Shown: one piece after another, positions 11,070-24,454 of the stretch
Numbering within the stretch: position 1 is the first letter of the stretch
Layout of the letters: each line of letters starts with the position of its first letter
DNA from: Mobula hypostoma
Taxonomy: Eukaryota
Length of the DNA stretch: 64,000 nt
Assembly: GCF_963921235.1 (NCBI RefSeq)
Contig: NC_086109.1
Coordinates: 13,456,001-13,520,000, forward strand
Direction: 5' to 3'
The notes under the pieces: model-generated
Seen by the model: only the letters and a program-made list of their open reading frames with translations
Databases searched by the model: none
What the model was told of the DNA's origin: nothing
Made by a program: the position numbers and the translations under genes

Positions 11070-11457
11070 TAGTACTAAAGAGAAAGAATACAGAATGCAG
11101 AATATAATGTTACAGTTACAGGGAAAGTGCAGTGCAATAGACAGATATAGTGCAAGGTCCATGACAAGGTAGACTGAGAGATCAAGAATTCATCTTTATC
11201 GAATAAGAGGTCCTTTCAGGAGTCTTATAACAGTGGCATAGAAGCTGTCCTTGAGACTGATGGCTGTTACTGGTTGTATGTTTATTTTTGTCACATGTAA
11301 CAAGATACAGTAAAAAGCTTGTCTTAAATAAGATATAGGGGCAGAATTAGGCCACTTGGCCCATTGAGTCTGCTGGACCATTTCATTATGTCTGATCTAT
11401 TTTCCCTTGCAGCCTCAGTCTCCTGCCTTCTCCCCATATAACCCCTCATGACCTGAC

Positions 11458-11933
11458 TAATCAAGGACTACTCTGACCCAGTTCATTCTCTCTTCTTCAT
11501 CCCTCCCTCCCCAAATTGGGGAGAACATACAAAAGTCTAAGAACACGTATCAACCTAAACAATGACTTGGCCTCCACAGCTGCCTGTAGCAACAAATTCC
11601 ACAGATTCACCACTCTTTGGCTAAAGAAATTCTAAAAGGATGTCCCTCTATTCTGAGGCTGTGTTCTCTGGTTTTAGACATCCACTCCACAAACTGTTCC
11701 TGCAGATCAGATTGCATTGAGGTAGAACAAGGCTAAAACAATAACAATGCAGAATAAAATGCTAAAAGTCCAGAGAAAGGAAATTATAAAGTGCAAGATT
11801 CTAACGAGATAGATTGTGAGGTCAAGAGTCCAACTTGGTGATACGTGTTCTTAGACTTTTGTATGTTCTCCCCAATTTGGGGAGGGAGGGATGAAGAAGA
11901 GAGAATGAACTGGGTCAGAGTAGTCCTTGATTA
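11458..11933. repeat. Perfect 95-bp inverted duplication (11458-11552 / 11839-11933)
   Basis: TAATCAAGGACTAC...AACACGTATCA and its exact reverse complement. Confidence 0.95.
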
Positions 11934-12930
11934 TGTTGGCTGCTTTTTCCAAGGCGGTGGGAAGCATTGACAAAGTCAGTGGGGGAGAGCCTATTTTTAG
12001 TAATAGACTGGGCTGCATACACAACTCTGCAACTTATTGCAATCTTGCACAGAGCAGTTGCCATACGAAGTTGTGGATAATGGGATAGGCCAAATGCTCT
12101 TTCCCTGCTTTCATCCCTGAAGTTCTTATACCAGTTGCCAATGTGATCCTTGGGTGGCATGGTGATAGAGCAGTTAGTACAACACTATTAGAGTGACAGT
12201 GGCTCGAGTTTAATTCCCATTGCTGCCTGTAAGGAGTTTGTATGTTCTCCAGAAGGGCTTGTTACTGTGCAGTATCTCTAAATTTTAAAAAATAAAGTTT
12301 TTTTTTAATAGTTTGTGCTCGGTAGTACTCAGTCCATCAAGTGCAGCCAAGTTTTGTAAACATACAATCAATATCATTCAGCATATAAATTTACAATGGT
12401 TGCCTATTAATAGAAGGAACATTAGTGCGTGTACTTGCAATCATATGAAGTTATGGACATAGTTTAGCTTAACATTTTTTGACCAGTTGACGATTGAGAC
12501 ACAGCCAGGGAACAAACTTCAAAACTGAAGGAGTTCATCAGCTTTCCCATGATCAGCCATGCAGGTGTATGGCAGTGTTCCAACTTGTCGGCTTCTCACT
12601 CAGATAATATCACAATTTATGAGCATGCTATAATTAACAACAACATACAGTTTTATCAAAATTCAATTGTGGTCATGCTGTGTTGGTGCTGGAAGCATGA
12701 AGACACTTGTACAATCCTCACTGATTTGATTTGACACAAACAATGCATTTCATTTTTTTTTAATGTACACAAAAGGCAAAGACAATGAACTAGAAGTTAA
12801 ATATCCAACATTTCCAAAGGGTTCTTCAACTACAATAAATACTGTACAACAGGACATTAAATGTGGTCATGGTGTGTAGAAAGTCGTTCAGATAGCTGCA
12901 GGGGCTGGAATTGCTCTCTACATCAAATGG

Positions 12931-14497
12931 CAATAGACAATAGACAATAGGTGCAGGAGTAGGCCATTCAGCCCTTCAAGCCAGCACTGCCATTCACTGT
13001 GATCATGGCTGATCACAGTACCCACAATCAGTACCCCTTTCCTGCCTTCTCCCCATATCCCTTGACTCCGCTATCATTAAGAGCTCTATCTAACTCTTTC
13101 TTGAAAACATCCAGAGAATTGGCCTCCACTGCCTTCTGAGGCAGAGCATTCCACAGATCCACAACTCTCTGGGTGAAAAGGTTTTTCCTCAACTCCGTTC
13201 TAAATGGGCTACCGCTTATTCTCAAATTGTGGCCTCTGGTTCTGAACTCACCCAACATCGGGAACATGTTTCCTGCCTCTAGCATATCCAATCCCTTAAT
13301 AATCTTATATGTTTCAATCAGATCCCCTCTCATCCTTCTAAATTCCAGTGTATACAAGCCCAGTCACTCCAATCTTTCAACATATGACAGTCTTGCCATC
13401 CCGGGAATTAACCTTCTGAACCTACACTGCACTCCCTCAATAGCAAGAATATCCTTCCTCAAATTTGGAGACCAAAACTGTACACAGTACTCCAGGTGTG
13501 ATCTCACCAAGGCCCTGTACAGCTGCAGAAGGACCTCTTTGCTCTTATACTGAACTCCCCTTGTTATGAAGGCCAATATGCTATTAGCTTTCTTCACTGC
13601 CTGCTGTACCTGCATGCTTACTTTCAGTGACTGATGAACAAGGACACCCAGATCTCATTGTACTTTCTCTTTTCCTAACTTGACACCATTCAGGTAGTAA
13701 TCAGCCTTCTTGTTCTTGCCACCAAAGTGGATAACCTCACATTTATCCATATTAAACACTGCATCTGCCCACTCACCCAACCTGTCCAAGTCACCCTGCA
13801 TTCTCATAACATCCTCCTCACATTTCACACTGCCACCCAGCTTTGTGTCATCTGCAAATTTGCTAATGTTACTTTTAATCCCTTCATCTAAATCATTAAT
13901 GTATATTGTAAATAGCTGCGGTCCCAGCACCAAGCCTTGCGGTACCCCACTAGTCACTGCCTGCCATTCTGAAAGGAATCCGTTAATCCCCACTCTTTGT
14001 TTCCTATCTGCCAACCAATTTTCTATCCATGTCAGTACCCTACCCCCAATACCATGTGCTCTAATTTTGCCCACTAATCTCCTATATGGGACCTTACCAA
14101 AGGCTTTCTGAAAGTCCAGGCACACTACATCCACTGGCTCTCCCTTGTCCATTTTCATAGCTACATCCTCAAAAAATTCCAGAAGATTATTCAAGCATGA
14201 TTTCCCCTTTGTAAATCCATGCTGACTTGGACCGATCCTGTTACTGCTATCCAAATGTGTCGCTATTTCATCTTTTATAATTGACTCCAGCATCTTCCCC
14301 ACCACTGATGTCAGGCTAACTGGTCCCTGTTTTCTCTCTCCCTCCTTTCTTAAAAAGTGGGACAACATTAGCTACCCTCCAGTCCTCAGGAACTGATCCT
14401 GAATCTATAGGACATTGGAAAATGATTTCCAATGCGTCCATGATTTTTAAAGCCACCTCCTTCAGTACCCTGGGGTGCAGACCATCAGGCCCTGGTG
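12931..14497 (-). mobile_element. CR1 LINE, 5'-truncated ORF2 (RT) remnant
   Basis: QHGFTKGKSC, DFQKAF, SGVPQG, SKFADDTKLGG motifs in ORFs 13655-14368, 13364-13615, 13028-13357; (CAATAGA)n tail. Confidence 0.95.
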
Positions 14498-14535
14498 CTT
14501 TTCACGTATCAGGTCAATATTAATAGGTGAACAAT

Positions 14536-14814
14536 AGACACTATTTGGTCAGTAAGGGGCACTATGCCTGTTTAAAAATAGACACAGTACTAGGTTAGTA
14601 ATGGTTAGTGACACAGAAGCTGGTCAGTAAACGATGCTGCTCTAGTCAGTATTGGCCACTCTACTTGGTAAATCGTGAACACTGAACTGAGGCGGGAGAA
14701 AATATGGTACAGTATTGGGTGATATAAGGATAGTGTACTGTACTGGACTAGTAATAGACTCTATACTGGGCCGCTAATGGACACTGTGCCGGGTCAGCAA
14801 TGTACACTGTCCTG
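14536..14814. repeat. Degenerate ~23-bp tandem repeat
   Basis: Adjacent units GACTAGTAATAGACTCTATACTG, GGCCGCTAATGGACACTGTGCCG, GGTCAGCAATGTACACTGTCCTG (14746-14814); weaker units upstream. Confidence 0.65.
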
Positions 14815-14819
14815 GCTCA

Positions 14820-15565
14820 CTCTGCTGACTGCCTATCATCCGGTGATCGGACGGAGAGCGAGTGCCGGTCTCCCCAGAGCCGCTCGGGTCGCTGTGCAAC
14901 AGCTGCAGTCTGGCTGCCGGGAAATCACATGGCCCAGGGGAGGGTTGCGAAATAAAGTCGGTGCCAAAAGAGAAGTGTGCGTTGTTCGCTCAGTCCAGGT
15001 ATTGCCCGCAGCCGCTCAGCCATGTGCGCTGACATTTGTGATGTGAACTTTCCCTGAGAAGGCACGTTGTCGAATCCCCGGAGTTACTCCCGACATCTGC
15101 TCCCTATGAAGAAGCAAGCGGCTCCCTGCAAACTCAAGGCAAGTGACATTTGGCGCTAACGCAGTCTCCCGGTGCGGGCTTTCGTACAGTGGAGAAATTT
15201 CACTTAATCGTTGTCAGGGCTTTCTTGCAGAGGGAGTCTTGGTTCGCCTCGGGCGCGATTATTTCCACTAAACTAACATGTACAACTGATCAGGTCGCAT
15301 CGAATCTGTGTTTTGTCTGTACTTTCACTTTCGTAGCTGTCGTCTTTTGCCCTTCTCTCTCTCCGAAATGCTGCGTTGTAAAAGTATCTGCATGCGAATA
15401 GACCCGTGTTCCTCAGACGCTAAATCCTTTTGGTCCTCTTCGTGTCGTTAGCCCATTCCTAAGAAAACGGCATCTGCCGAGACCTGACCAGGTAAGGTTT
15501 CTTCTTGTCCTTGACTTTTAAGAAAACGCAGCAGCGCTTTTGTGTTTGTACTTCAGCGCGAGAGG
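14820..15565 (+). promoter_or_regulatory. CpG-rich region: probable promoter and non-coding first exon with splice donor at 15491/15492
   Basis: Locally high CpG density, no recognisable TE, CCAG|GTAAGG donor; no convincing ORF. Confidence 0.6.
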
Positions 15566-15944
15566 GGTTATCTCCACGTCCAGAGGTGATTCAAGTGCTG
15601 TTTTGCGAAGGCCCCCTTTCCAGTGAGGTCTTTCAAATGTACGGTCAAACTTAACCTCTGTGTGCTCGCAGGTACATAAAGGGTTGTGATTTTATTGTGA
15701 GAGCACTGCTTAATCTTCCAATCAATAAGCACCCAAATAGACTTCCATGCCTTTTTTTTTGTGTGTGTGCGATCTTGCTGTAGCAAATTTCTTACACAAT
15801 GACTTTAACCCAAAGTTATTATTGCGGTGACTTGACAGAGGTGTACAAGATGATAAGAGGCTTAGATGGATCCCTTCTAATCTGTAATCGCCCTGAGGGA
15901 TATTTGTCTAATCTTTAAATGTGTGTTTATTAGTGACCAGTTTT

Positions 15945-16175
15945 TAATTTTTTTTGAGATACGGCGCGGAGCAAGAACCGCTCCGTCTAGCAATCCCGCG
16001 ATTTAACCCTAGCCTAACCACGGGCAATTTACTATGACCAAACAGTTCACTAACCCGCAGGTCTTTGGAATGTGGGTGGAAACCGGAGCACAGGAGGAAA
16101 CCCACGTACTCACGGGAAGAACGTACAAATTTCTTACAAGGCAGCGGCGGGAATTGATCCTGGGTTGTGGGCATC
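15945..16175 (-). mobile_element. HE1/V-SINE-like element
   Basis: Reverse complement of GTACGTTCTTCCCGTGAGTACGTGGGTTTCCTCCTGTGCTCCGGTTTCCACCCACATTCCAAAGAC core. Confidence 0.75.
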
Positions 16176-17069
16176 GTACCCTCTAATTTGTAATGACCAA
16201 TGTGTGCATAAAAATCTTGTGCTGTGCAATTTTTTTTGACCAGCGACTACAACATGTATAAATAAGCCAGTTTTAAAATCTGCAGACAAATCATTGCAAA
16301 CTCCACGTTGTCAACACTGTCCGCATTAGAAATTGGAAAAGGGAATGTGATTGTGTACGATCGTGAAATATTCTTAGCATGCCAACGAGGTAGAGGGTGA
16401 CAACTTTTTGTGTACAATTTAAGTTCCGTTGTGTGATAGTAGCAAATGATGTGTGCACGAACACACCTTAGAGGGTACATTGGTTGCTGGCACAGTAAAG
16501 GAGTGTGCTGACCACTACACTACTGTGCTACCCAGCCTCTTGATTTGGGTTTTTGCCTCCTTACCCCATTCCCTGCCTTGTGAGACTCCATTATTTAAAG
16601 GTTGGTCAAGCCCCGTCCTTTCCTGAGAACCGCCTTTGACAAAGGAGAGATGTGCCAGATCAGACCCATTGTCACTGACTTACAAGATGTGAAAGTTGTT
16701 GTTTTTGCAGCCGGAACGCGGTGCAAAGAGATAAAATCACTATAAACTACAAAGTAAATAAATAGTGCGATAAAAAAATGGAATTGCAAGGTAGTGGTGT
16801 TCATGGGTTCAGGGACCATTCAGAAGTATCTGAAGCTGTTATTGAATCATTCAATAGTGGATCTTCAGGCTCCTGCACTTTCTTCCTGGTGGCAGTAACA
16901 AGAAGAGGACATGTGTTCAATGGTGAGGATTGTTAACGATGTAAACTGCCTTCCTGAGGCACTTGTAGATGCCCTTTATAGTGGGGAGAGTTGTACCCAT
17001 GATGGAACTGGCTGAGTATATCCCTCTGCATCCTCTTGCGATCCTATGCACTGGATTCTGCACACCAGA

Positions 17070-18634
17070 CACGTGTGTGGAGAATGAGGAGAATGGGCTT
17101 AGCTGGGTAGCTTTTTAAAAGTGATGGTCTTATCTCCCTGAGGTCGTTAAAATCATGGGGCATGGATAGAGTGAAAACACTTGGTCTTTTTCTCCCCCAG
17201 GGTTGGGAAATTAAGAGCCAGAGATGACAGGTGAGATGGGAAAAATTTAATTGAAACCTGAGGGGCAACTTTTCTTTAGACAGTGCATGGTTCAGATATA
17301 GAACAGGCTGCTCAAGGAAGTGGTTGAGGCAGGCACAATAGCAACTTTTAAAAGACAGCTGAATTGGATTGCGGATTGGAAAGGTTTCGAGGGATATGGA
17401 CCACATGCAGGCAAATGGGACTTGCTTGGAAGGGCATCTTGGTCAGGCTAGATCAGATGCGCTGAAGTCTGATCACAGTATGATTGAGTTTCTCATACAA
17501 ATGGAGGGTGCAATAGTTCGATCTTAAAACTTGTTTAGTGTATTATGTCTAAACAAGGGAGACTACAAGGGGATGAGGGAGGAGTTGTATAGAGTAGACT
17601 GGGAACACAGGCTTTCTGGTGGGACACTTGAGAAACAGTGGAAGACTTTCATTGAGATTTTTCTTCATGCTCAACAAAAGTATATTCCAGTTAAAAGCAA
17701 GGACAGTAAGGGTAGGGAGAGCCAGCCATGGATAACTAAGGAAATAAAGAAAGGTATCAAACTAAAAGCTCGTGTGAGGCATCTGGAAGGAAATGGATCC
17801 ATCAGGCAGATGCAACATGGATTCAGCAAAGGCAGGTCTATTTGACAAACTTACTGGAGTTCTTTGAGGATATAACAAGCGCAGTGGATAGAGGGGAACA
17901 AGTGGACATTATTTACTTGGATTTCCAAAAAGCATTTGATAAGGTGCCACATGAAAGACTTATCCATAAGATAAGGATGCATAGAGTTGGGGGTGATGTA
18001 TTAATATGGATAGAGCAATAGAAAACAGAAAGTTGGGATTCACGGGTGTTTCTCTGGTTGGCAATCAGTAATGAGTGGTGATTCGCAGGGGTTGGTGCTG
18101 GGCATGTAACTGTTCATGGTATACATTAACAAAATGGAACAGGGGATCAAGTAGTGTATCTACATTTGCTGATGACACTAAATCGAGTGGAAAAGCAAAC
18201 TGTGCAGAGGATACAGAGAATCTGTGGAGAGATATAGATAGGTTAATTGAGTGGGCAAGGGTCTGGCAGATGGAATACAATGCTGGTAAGTGCAAGGTCA
18301 TCCGCTTTGGAAGGTAAAATGGAAGTTCAGATTATTATTTAAATGGTAAAAGATTGCAACGTAGAGCTGTACAGAAGGACTTGAGAGTGCTTGTGTGTGA
18401 ATCGCAAAAGTTTGGTTTGCAGGTGCAGCAGGCTATCAAGAAGGCAAATGGAATGTTGGCTGAGTGGGATTGAATTTAAGAACAGGGAGGTTATGCTGCA
18501 ACTATATAGGGTACTGTTCAGGCCGCACCTGGAGTACAGCATGTGGTTCTGGGCTCCTTACTTGAGGAAGAATATACTGGCTTTGGAGGCAGTGCAGAGG
18601 AGGTTCACCAGATTGGTTCCAGAAATGAGAAGGT
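17070..18634 (+). mobile_element. Degenerate CR1 fragments (17070-17450 3' end; 17470-18634 ORF2)
   Basis: QHGFSKGRS, TFADDTK, RPHLEY, VQRRFTRL motifs with many stops. Confidence 0.88.
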
Positions 18635-21600
18635 TAGAACATAGAACATAGAATAGTACAGCACAGTACAGGCCCTTCAGCCCACAATATTGTGCCGACC
18701 CTTAAACTCTGCCTCCCATATAACACCCCACCTTAAATTCCTCCATATACCTGTCTAGTAGTCTCTTAAATTTCACAAGTGTATCTGCCTCCACCACTGA
18801 CTCAGGCAGTGTATTCCACGCACCAACCACTCTCTGAGTAAAAAACCTTCTCGTAATATCCCCCTTGAATTTTCCACCCCTTATCTTAAAGCCATGTCCA
18901 CTTGTATTGAGCAGTGGTGCCCTGGGGAAGAGGCACTGGCTGTCCACTCTATCTGTTCCTCTTAATATCTTGTATACCTCTATCGTGTCTCCTCTCATCC
19001 TCTTTCTCTCCAAAGAGTAAAGCCCTAGCTCCCTTAATCTCTGAACATAATGCATACTCTCTAAACTAGGCAGCATCCTGGTAAATCTCCTCTGTACCCT
19101 TTCCAATGCTTCCACATCCTTCCAATAGTGAGGCGACCAGAACTGGACACAGTACTCCAAGTGCGGTCTAACCAGAGTTTTATAGAGCTGCATCATTACC
19201 TCCTGACTCTTAAACACTATTCCTCGACTTATGAAGGCTAACACCCCATTAGCTTTCTTAACTACCCTATCTACTTTCAGGGATCTGTGGGCATGTACCC
19301 CCAGATCCCTCTGCTCCTCCACACTACCGAGCATCCTACTATTTATTTTGTACTCTGCCTTGGAGTTTGTCCTTCCAAAGTGTACCACCTCACATTTCTC
19401 CGGATTGAACTCCATCTTCCACTTCTCAGCCCACTTCTGCATCTATCAATGTCTCTCTGCAATCTTCGACAATCCTCTACACTATCCACAACACCACCAA
19501 CCTTTGCGTCGTCTGAAAACTTGCTAATCCACCCTTCTACCCCACATCCAGGTCGTTAATAAAAATCACGATATGTAGAGGTCCCAGAACCGATCCTTGT
19601 GGGACACCACTAGTCACAACCCTCCGATCAGAATGTACTCCCTCCACCACGATCCTTTGCTTTCTGCAGGCAAGCCAATTCTGAATCCACCTGGCCAAAC
19701 CTCCCTGGATCCCATGCCTTCTGACTTTCTGAATAAGCCTACTGTGTGGAACCTTGTCAAATGCCTTACTAAAATCCATGTAGATCACATCCACTGCACT
19801 ACCCTCATCTATACGCCTAGTCACCTCCTCAAAGAACTCTTTCAGGCTTGCTAGACACAATCTGGTCTTCACAAAGCCATGCTGACTGGCCCTTTTCAGA
19901 CCATGTTTCTCTAAATGCCCATAGATCCTATTTCTAAGAATCTTTTCCAACAGCTTTCCCACCACAGACATAAGGCTTACTGATCTATAATTACCCAGAC
20001 TATCGCTACTAACTTTTTTGAACAAGGGGACAACATTCGCCTCCCTCCAATCCTCTGGTACCATTCCCGTGGACAATGAGGAGATAAAGATCCTAGCCAG
20101 AGGCTCAGCAATCTCTTCCCTCGCCTCGTGGAGCAGCCTGGGGAATATTCCATCAGGCCCCGAGGACTTACCCGTCCTAATATATTTTAACAACTCCAAT
20201 ACCTCCTCTCCCTTAATATCAACATGCTCCAGAACATCAACCTCACTCGTATTATCCTCACCGTCATATTGTCCTCTTCATTAAGGTGGAGAGTGACATA
20301 GTTAATTCAGAAACAAAGGTTCTGAACTTAAAGAGGGGTAACTTTGAAGGTATGAGACGTGAATTAGCTAAGATAGACTGGCAAATGACACTTAAAGGAT
20401 TGACGGTGGATATGCAATGGCAAGCATTTAAAGATTGCATGGATGAACTACAACAATTGTTCATCCCAGTTTGGCAAAAGAATAAATCAAGGAAGGTAGT
20501 GCACCCGTGGCTGACAAGAGAAATTAGGGATAGTATCAATTCCAAAGAAGAAGCATACAAATTAGCCAGAAAAAGTGGCTCACCTGAGGACTGGGAGAAA
20601 TTCAGAGTTCAGCAAAGGAGGACAAAGGGCTTAATTAGGAAGGGGAAAAAGATTATGAGAGGAAACTGGCAGGGAACATAAAAACTGACTGTAAAAGCTT
20701 TTATAGATATGTAAAAAGGAAAAGACTGGTAAAGACAAATGTAGGTCCCCTACAGACAGAAACAGGTGAATTGATTATGGGGAGCAAGGACAGGGCAGAC
20801 CAATTGAATAATTACTTTGGTTCTGTCTTCACTAAGGAGGACATAAATAATCTTCCAGAAATAGTAGGGGACAGAGGGTCCAGTGAGATGGAGGAACTGA
20901 ACGAAATACATGTTAGTAGGGAAGTGGTGTTAGGTAAATTGAAGGGATTAAAGGCAGATAAATCCCCAGGGCCAGATGGTCTGCATCCCAGAGTGCTTAA
21001 GGAAGTAGCCCAAGAAATAGTGGATGCATTAGTGATAATTTTTCAAAACTCGTTAGATTCTGGACTGGTTCCTGAGGATTGGAGGGTGGCTAATGTAACC
21101 CCACTTTTTAAAAATGGAGGGAGAGAGAAACCAGGGAATTATAGACCAGTTAGCCTAACGTCGGTGGTGGGGAAACTGCTGGAGTCAGTTATCAAAGATG
21201 TGATAACAGCACATTTGGAAAGCGGTGAAATCATCGGACAAAGTCAGCATGGATTTGTGAAAGGAAAATCATGTCTGACGAATCTCATACAATTTTTTGA
21301 GGATGTAACTAGTAGAGTGGATAGCGGAGAACCAGTGGATGTGGTATAACTGGATTTTCAAAAGGCTTTTGACAAGGTCCCACACAGGAGATTAGTGTGC
21401 AAACTTAAAGCACACGGTATTGGGGGTAAGGTATTGATGTGGATAGAGAATTGGTTAGCAGACAGGAAGCAAAGAGTGGGAATAAACGGGACCTTTTCAG
21501 AATGGCAGGCAGTGACTAGTGGGGTACCGCAAGGCGCAGTGCTGGGACTCCAGTTGTTTACAATATATATTAATGACTTGGATGAGGGAATTAAATGCAG

Positions 21601-22911
21601 CATCTCCAAGTTCACGGATGACACGAAGCTGGGCGGCAGTGTTAGCTGTGAGGAGGATGCTAAGAGGATGCAGGGTGACTTGGATAGGTTGGGTGAGTGG
21701 GCAAATTCATGGCAGATGAAATTTAATGTGGATAAATGTGAAGTTATCCACTTTGGTGGCAAAAATAGGAAAACAGATTATTATCTGAATGGTGGCCGAT
21801 TAGGAAAAGGGGAGGTGCAACGAGACCTGGGTGTCATTATACACCAGTCATTGAAAGTGGGCATGCAGGTACAGCAGGCAGTGAAAAAGGCGAATGGTAT
21901 GCTGGCATTTATAGCGAGAGGATTTGAGTACAGGAGCAGGGAGGTACTACTGCAGTTGTACAAGGCCTTGGTGAGACCACACCCGGAGTATTGTGTGCAG
22001 TTTTGGTCCCCTAATCTGAGGAAAAACATCCTTGCCATAGAGGGAGTACAAAGAAGGTTCACCAGATTGATTCCTGGGATGGCAGGACTTTCATATGAAG
22101 AAAGACTGGATGAACTAGGCTTGTACTCGTTGGAATTTAGAAGATTGAGGGGGGATCTGATTGAAACGTATAAAATCCTAAAGGGATTGGACAGGCTAGA
22201 TGCAGGAAGATTGTTCCCGATGTTGGGGAAGTCCAGAACGAGGGGTCACAGTTTGAGGATAAAGGGGAAGCCTTTTAGGACTGAGATTAGGAAAAACTTC
22301 TTCACACAGAGAGTGGTGAATCTGTGGAATTCTCTGCCACAGGAAACAGTTGAGGCCAGTTCATTGGCTATATTTAAGAGGGAGTTAGATATGGCCCTTG
22401 TGGCTACGGGGATCAGGGGGTATGGAGGGAAGGCTGGGGCAGGGTTCTGAGTTGGATGATCAGCCATGATCATAATAAATGGTGGTGCAGGCTCGAAGGG
22501 CTGAATGGCCTACTCCAGCACCTATTTTCTATGTTTCTATGTCATCCAAGTTCCCTCTCATTGGTGAATACTGAAGAGAAGTATTCATTGAGGGCCGCGC
22601 TCACTTCCACAGCCTCCAGGCACATCTTCCCACCTTTATCTCTAATCGGTCCTACCTTCACTCCTGTCATCCTTTTGTTCTTCACATAATTGAAGAATGC
22701 CTTGGGGTTTTCCTTTACCCTACTCGCCAAGGCCTTCTCATGCCCCCTTCTTGCTCTCCTCAGTCCCTTAAGCTGCTTTCTTGCTACCCTATATTTCTCA
22801 ATAGATTCATCTGATCCTTGCTTCCTAAGCCTCATGTATGCTGCCTTCTTCTACCTGACTAGATTTTCCACCTCACTTGTCACCCATGGTTCCTTTACCC
22901 TACCATTCTTT
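18635..22911 (-). mobile_element. CR1 LINE (18635-20267 and 22541-22911) split by a younger CR1
   Basis: (TAGAACA)n tail; RT ORFs 18702-19442 and 19537-20199; upstream part continues in ORF 22542-22835 (ENPKAFFNYV...LNEYFSSVFT). Confidence 0.93.
20268..22540 (+). mobile_element. Young CR1 LINE, 2.3 kb, 5'-truncated
   Basis: ORFs 20286-20681, 20771-21349, 21395-22450 with KSPGPDG, NYRPVSLTS, SGVPQG, FTDDTKL; (TTCTATGT)n tail; GTCAT on both sides. Confidence 0.95.
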
Positions 22912-24143
22912 ATCATTGTAAAGATCATTGTCATTGTAAATAGTCCTGTGATTAGGCTAGGGTTAAGTGGGGGGTTGCTGGGCAGTGCGGCCTGTTGGGC
23001 TGGAAGGGCCTGTACCGCATTGTATCTCTAAATGAACAAACAAACACACAAACAAATTGCAGTGAATAGTGAGATCTTATTTGCTCCTGGGCTCTCACTG
23101 CCAATGCTAGCACTTGTCGTCTATCCCTTGTAGCCTCTCAGTTGGGGAGGCTAATTAGTCTTCAGCACTGGTGGTGGGAATCAGACACAGCCCGGACTAT
23201 GTAAGGACGGCAGATTCCCTTCCCGGAGAAATGGTAGTGAACCAAACAGGTCTTTACATGGAGGCGCAAGAAACGCAGATGAATAAACTGGAGCAAAATC
23301 CATCTCAACGGGGGTCAGACAGCGTCCGCAGAGGGAAATGGACAGTTGACATTTTGGATTAAGTCCTCTCATCCAGCCTCTAGGTCTGAACCTGAAGCGT
23401 CAACTTCCCACTTCCCTTAACCATTGGTTTTTATGTGGTTTCATCACTGAGATTAGCTTCTTTTTTTCTTCTTCAAAAATCCTTTTTTAAATTTATTTGA
23501 ATTCTCTGTGGGATTTGAACTCAAGTTGCATAGTCTAGATAGAACTCCAGCTTCTAGTCTGGTAATGCAGCCGCTGCATTATCACATCACTTGGCATGAC
23601 TGTCAGCAGATGATATGGTTACAAGGGTGTGGCTCTGTTGATCCCGCACTCAAATAAACACGTGAGGGAAGAGGGAATGATTCACAGTTCTGAGGTTTGC
23701 TGGTGTGATGAAGGGGGAGAAGTGGAGCAGTATAAATACTAGTATGGATTAAATGGAATAAATGGCCATTGTCTGTGCTGATGCTTTATGCGATCTAATG
23801 AAAACAAGTGGTTCTCAGTCTAACACCACGTGCTGAAACTTAATAGTTGATGTTGGGAATTGTTCAAAGTTCTGATGTACAATCCTATCTTGAAGTACTT
23901 CTACTTTTTATTTGTTCAACAGTGAAAAATGTCAGTGTTTGTACTAACACTTTCAGGAGATTACATTGGTAAAGCACACTTATCTGAGATACAGCATGCC
24001 CAGATAAGCGAGAGGACCTTTTACATTGCGTAACTAAGGGCACGGGAAAGCCCCGAGGCAGATTTCCTGCTTTAGAAGGGAAAGGAGGTTATGACAAAGG
24101 GGTTGGCTTAGGAGTGGGGAGAGGGTTTGTGCGGGGTACATGC

Positions 24144-24331
24144 ATACTTTATACTTATACTTTATACTTTATTGTTGCCAAACAATTGATACTAGTACGT
24201 ACAATCATCACAGCGATATTTGATTGTGCGCTTCCCACTCCCTAGATTACAAATATTAAATATTAAAAATAGTAAATATTAGTAAATATTAAAAGTTTAA
24301 ATTATAAATCATAAATAGAAAATAAAAAATG
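24144..24331 (-). mobile_element. Rex/Babar 3' UTR fragment
   Basis: Matches 3605-3775; (TACTTTA)n tail. Confidence 0.8.
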
Positions 24332-24454
24332 GATACCTTCTCATTCTATACTGTACATCCTGCACAGTTAGGCAGTGAAGATAGTGTATATACCGTGATT
24401 AAACCATAGAACATGAAACAGTAGTGAAGTCACTCAAATTGTGTACGATGTTCT

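Noticed and set aside
14536..14814. CRISPR-like array or prokaryotic system
   Set aside because: Units are contiguous and degenerate with no spacers, and the context is a vertebrate repeat landscape with no cas or operon-like genes.
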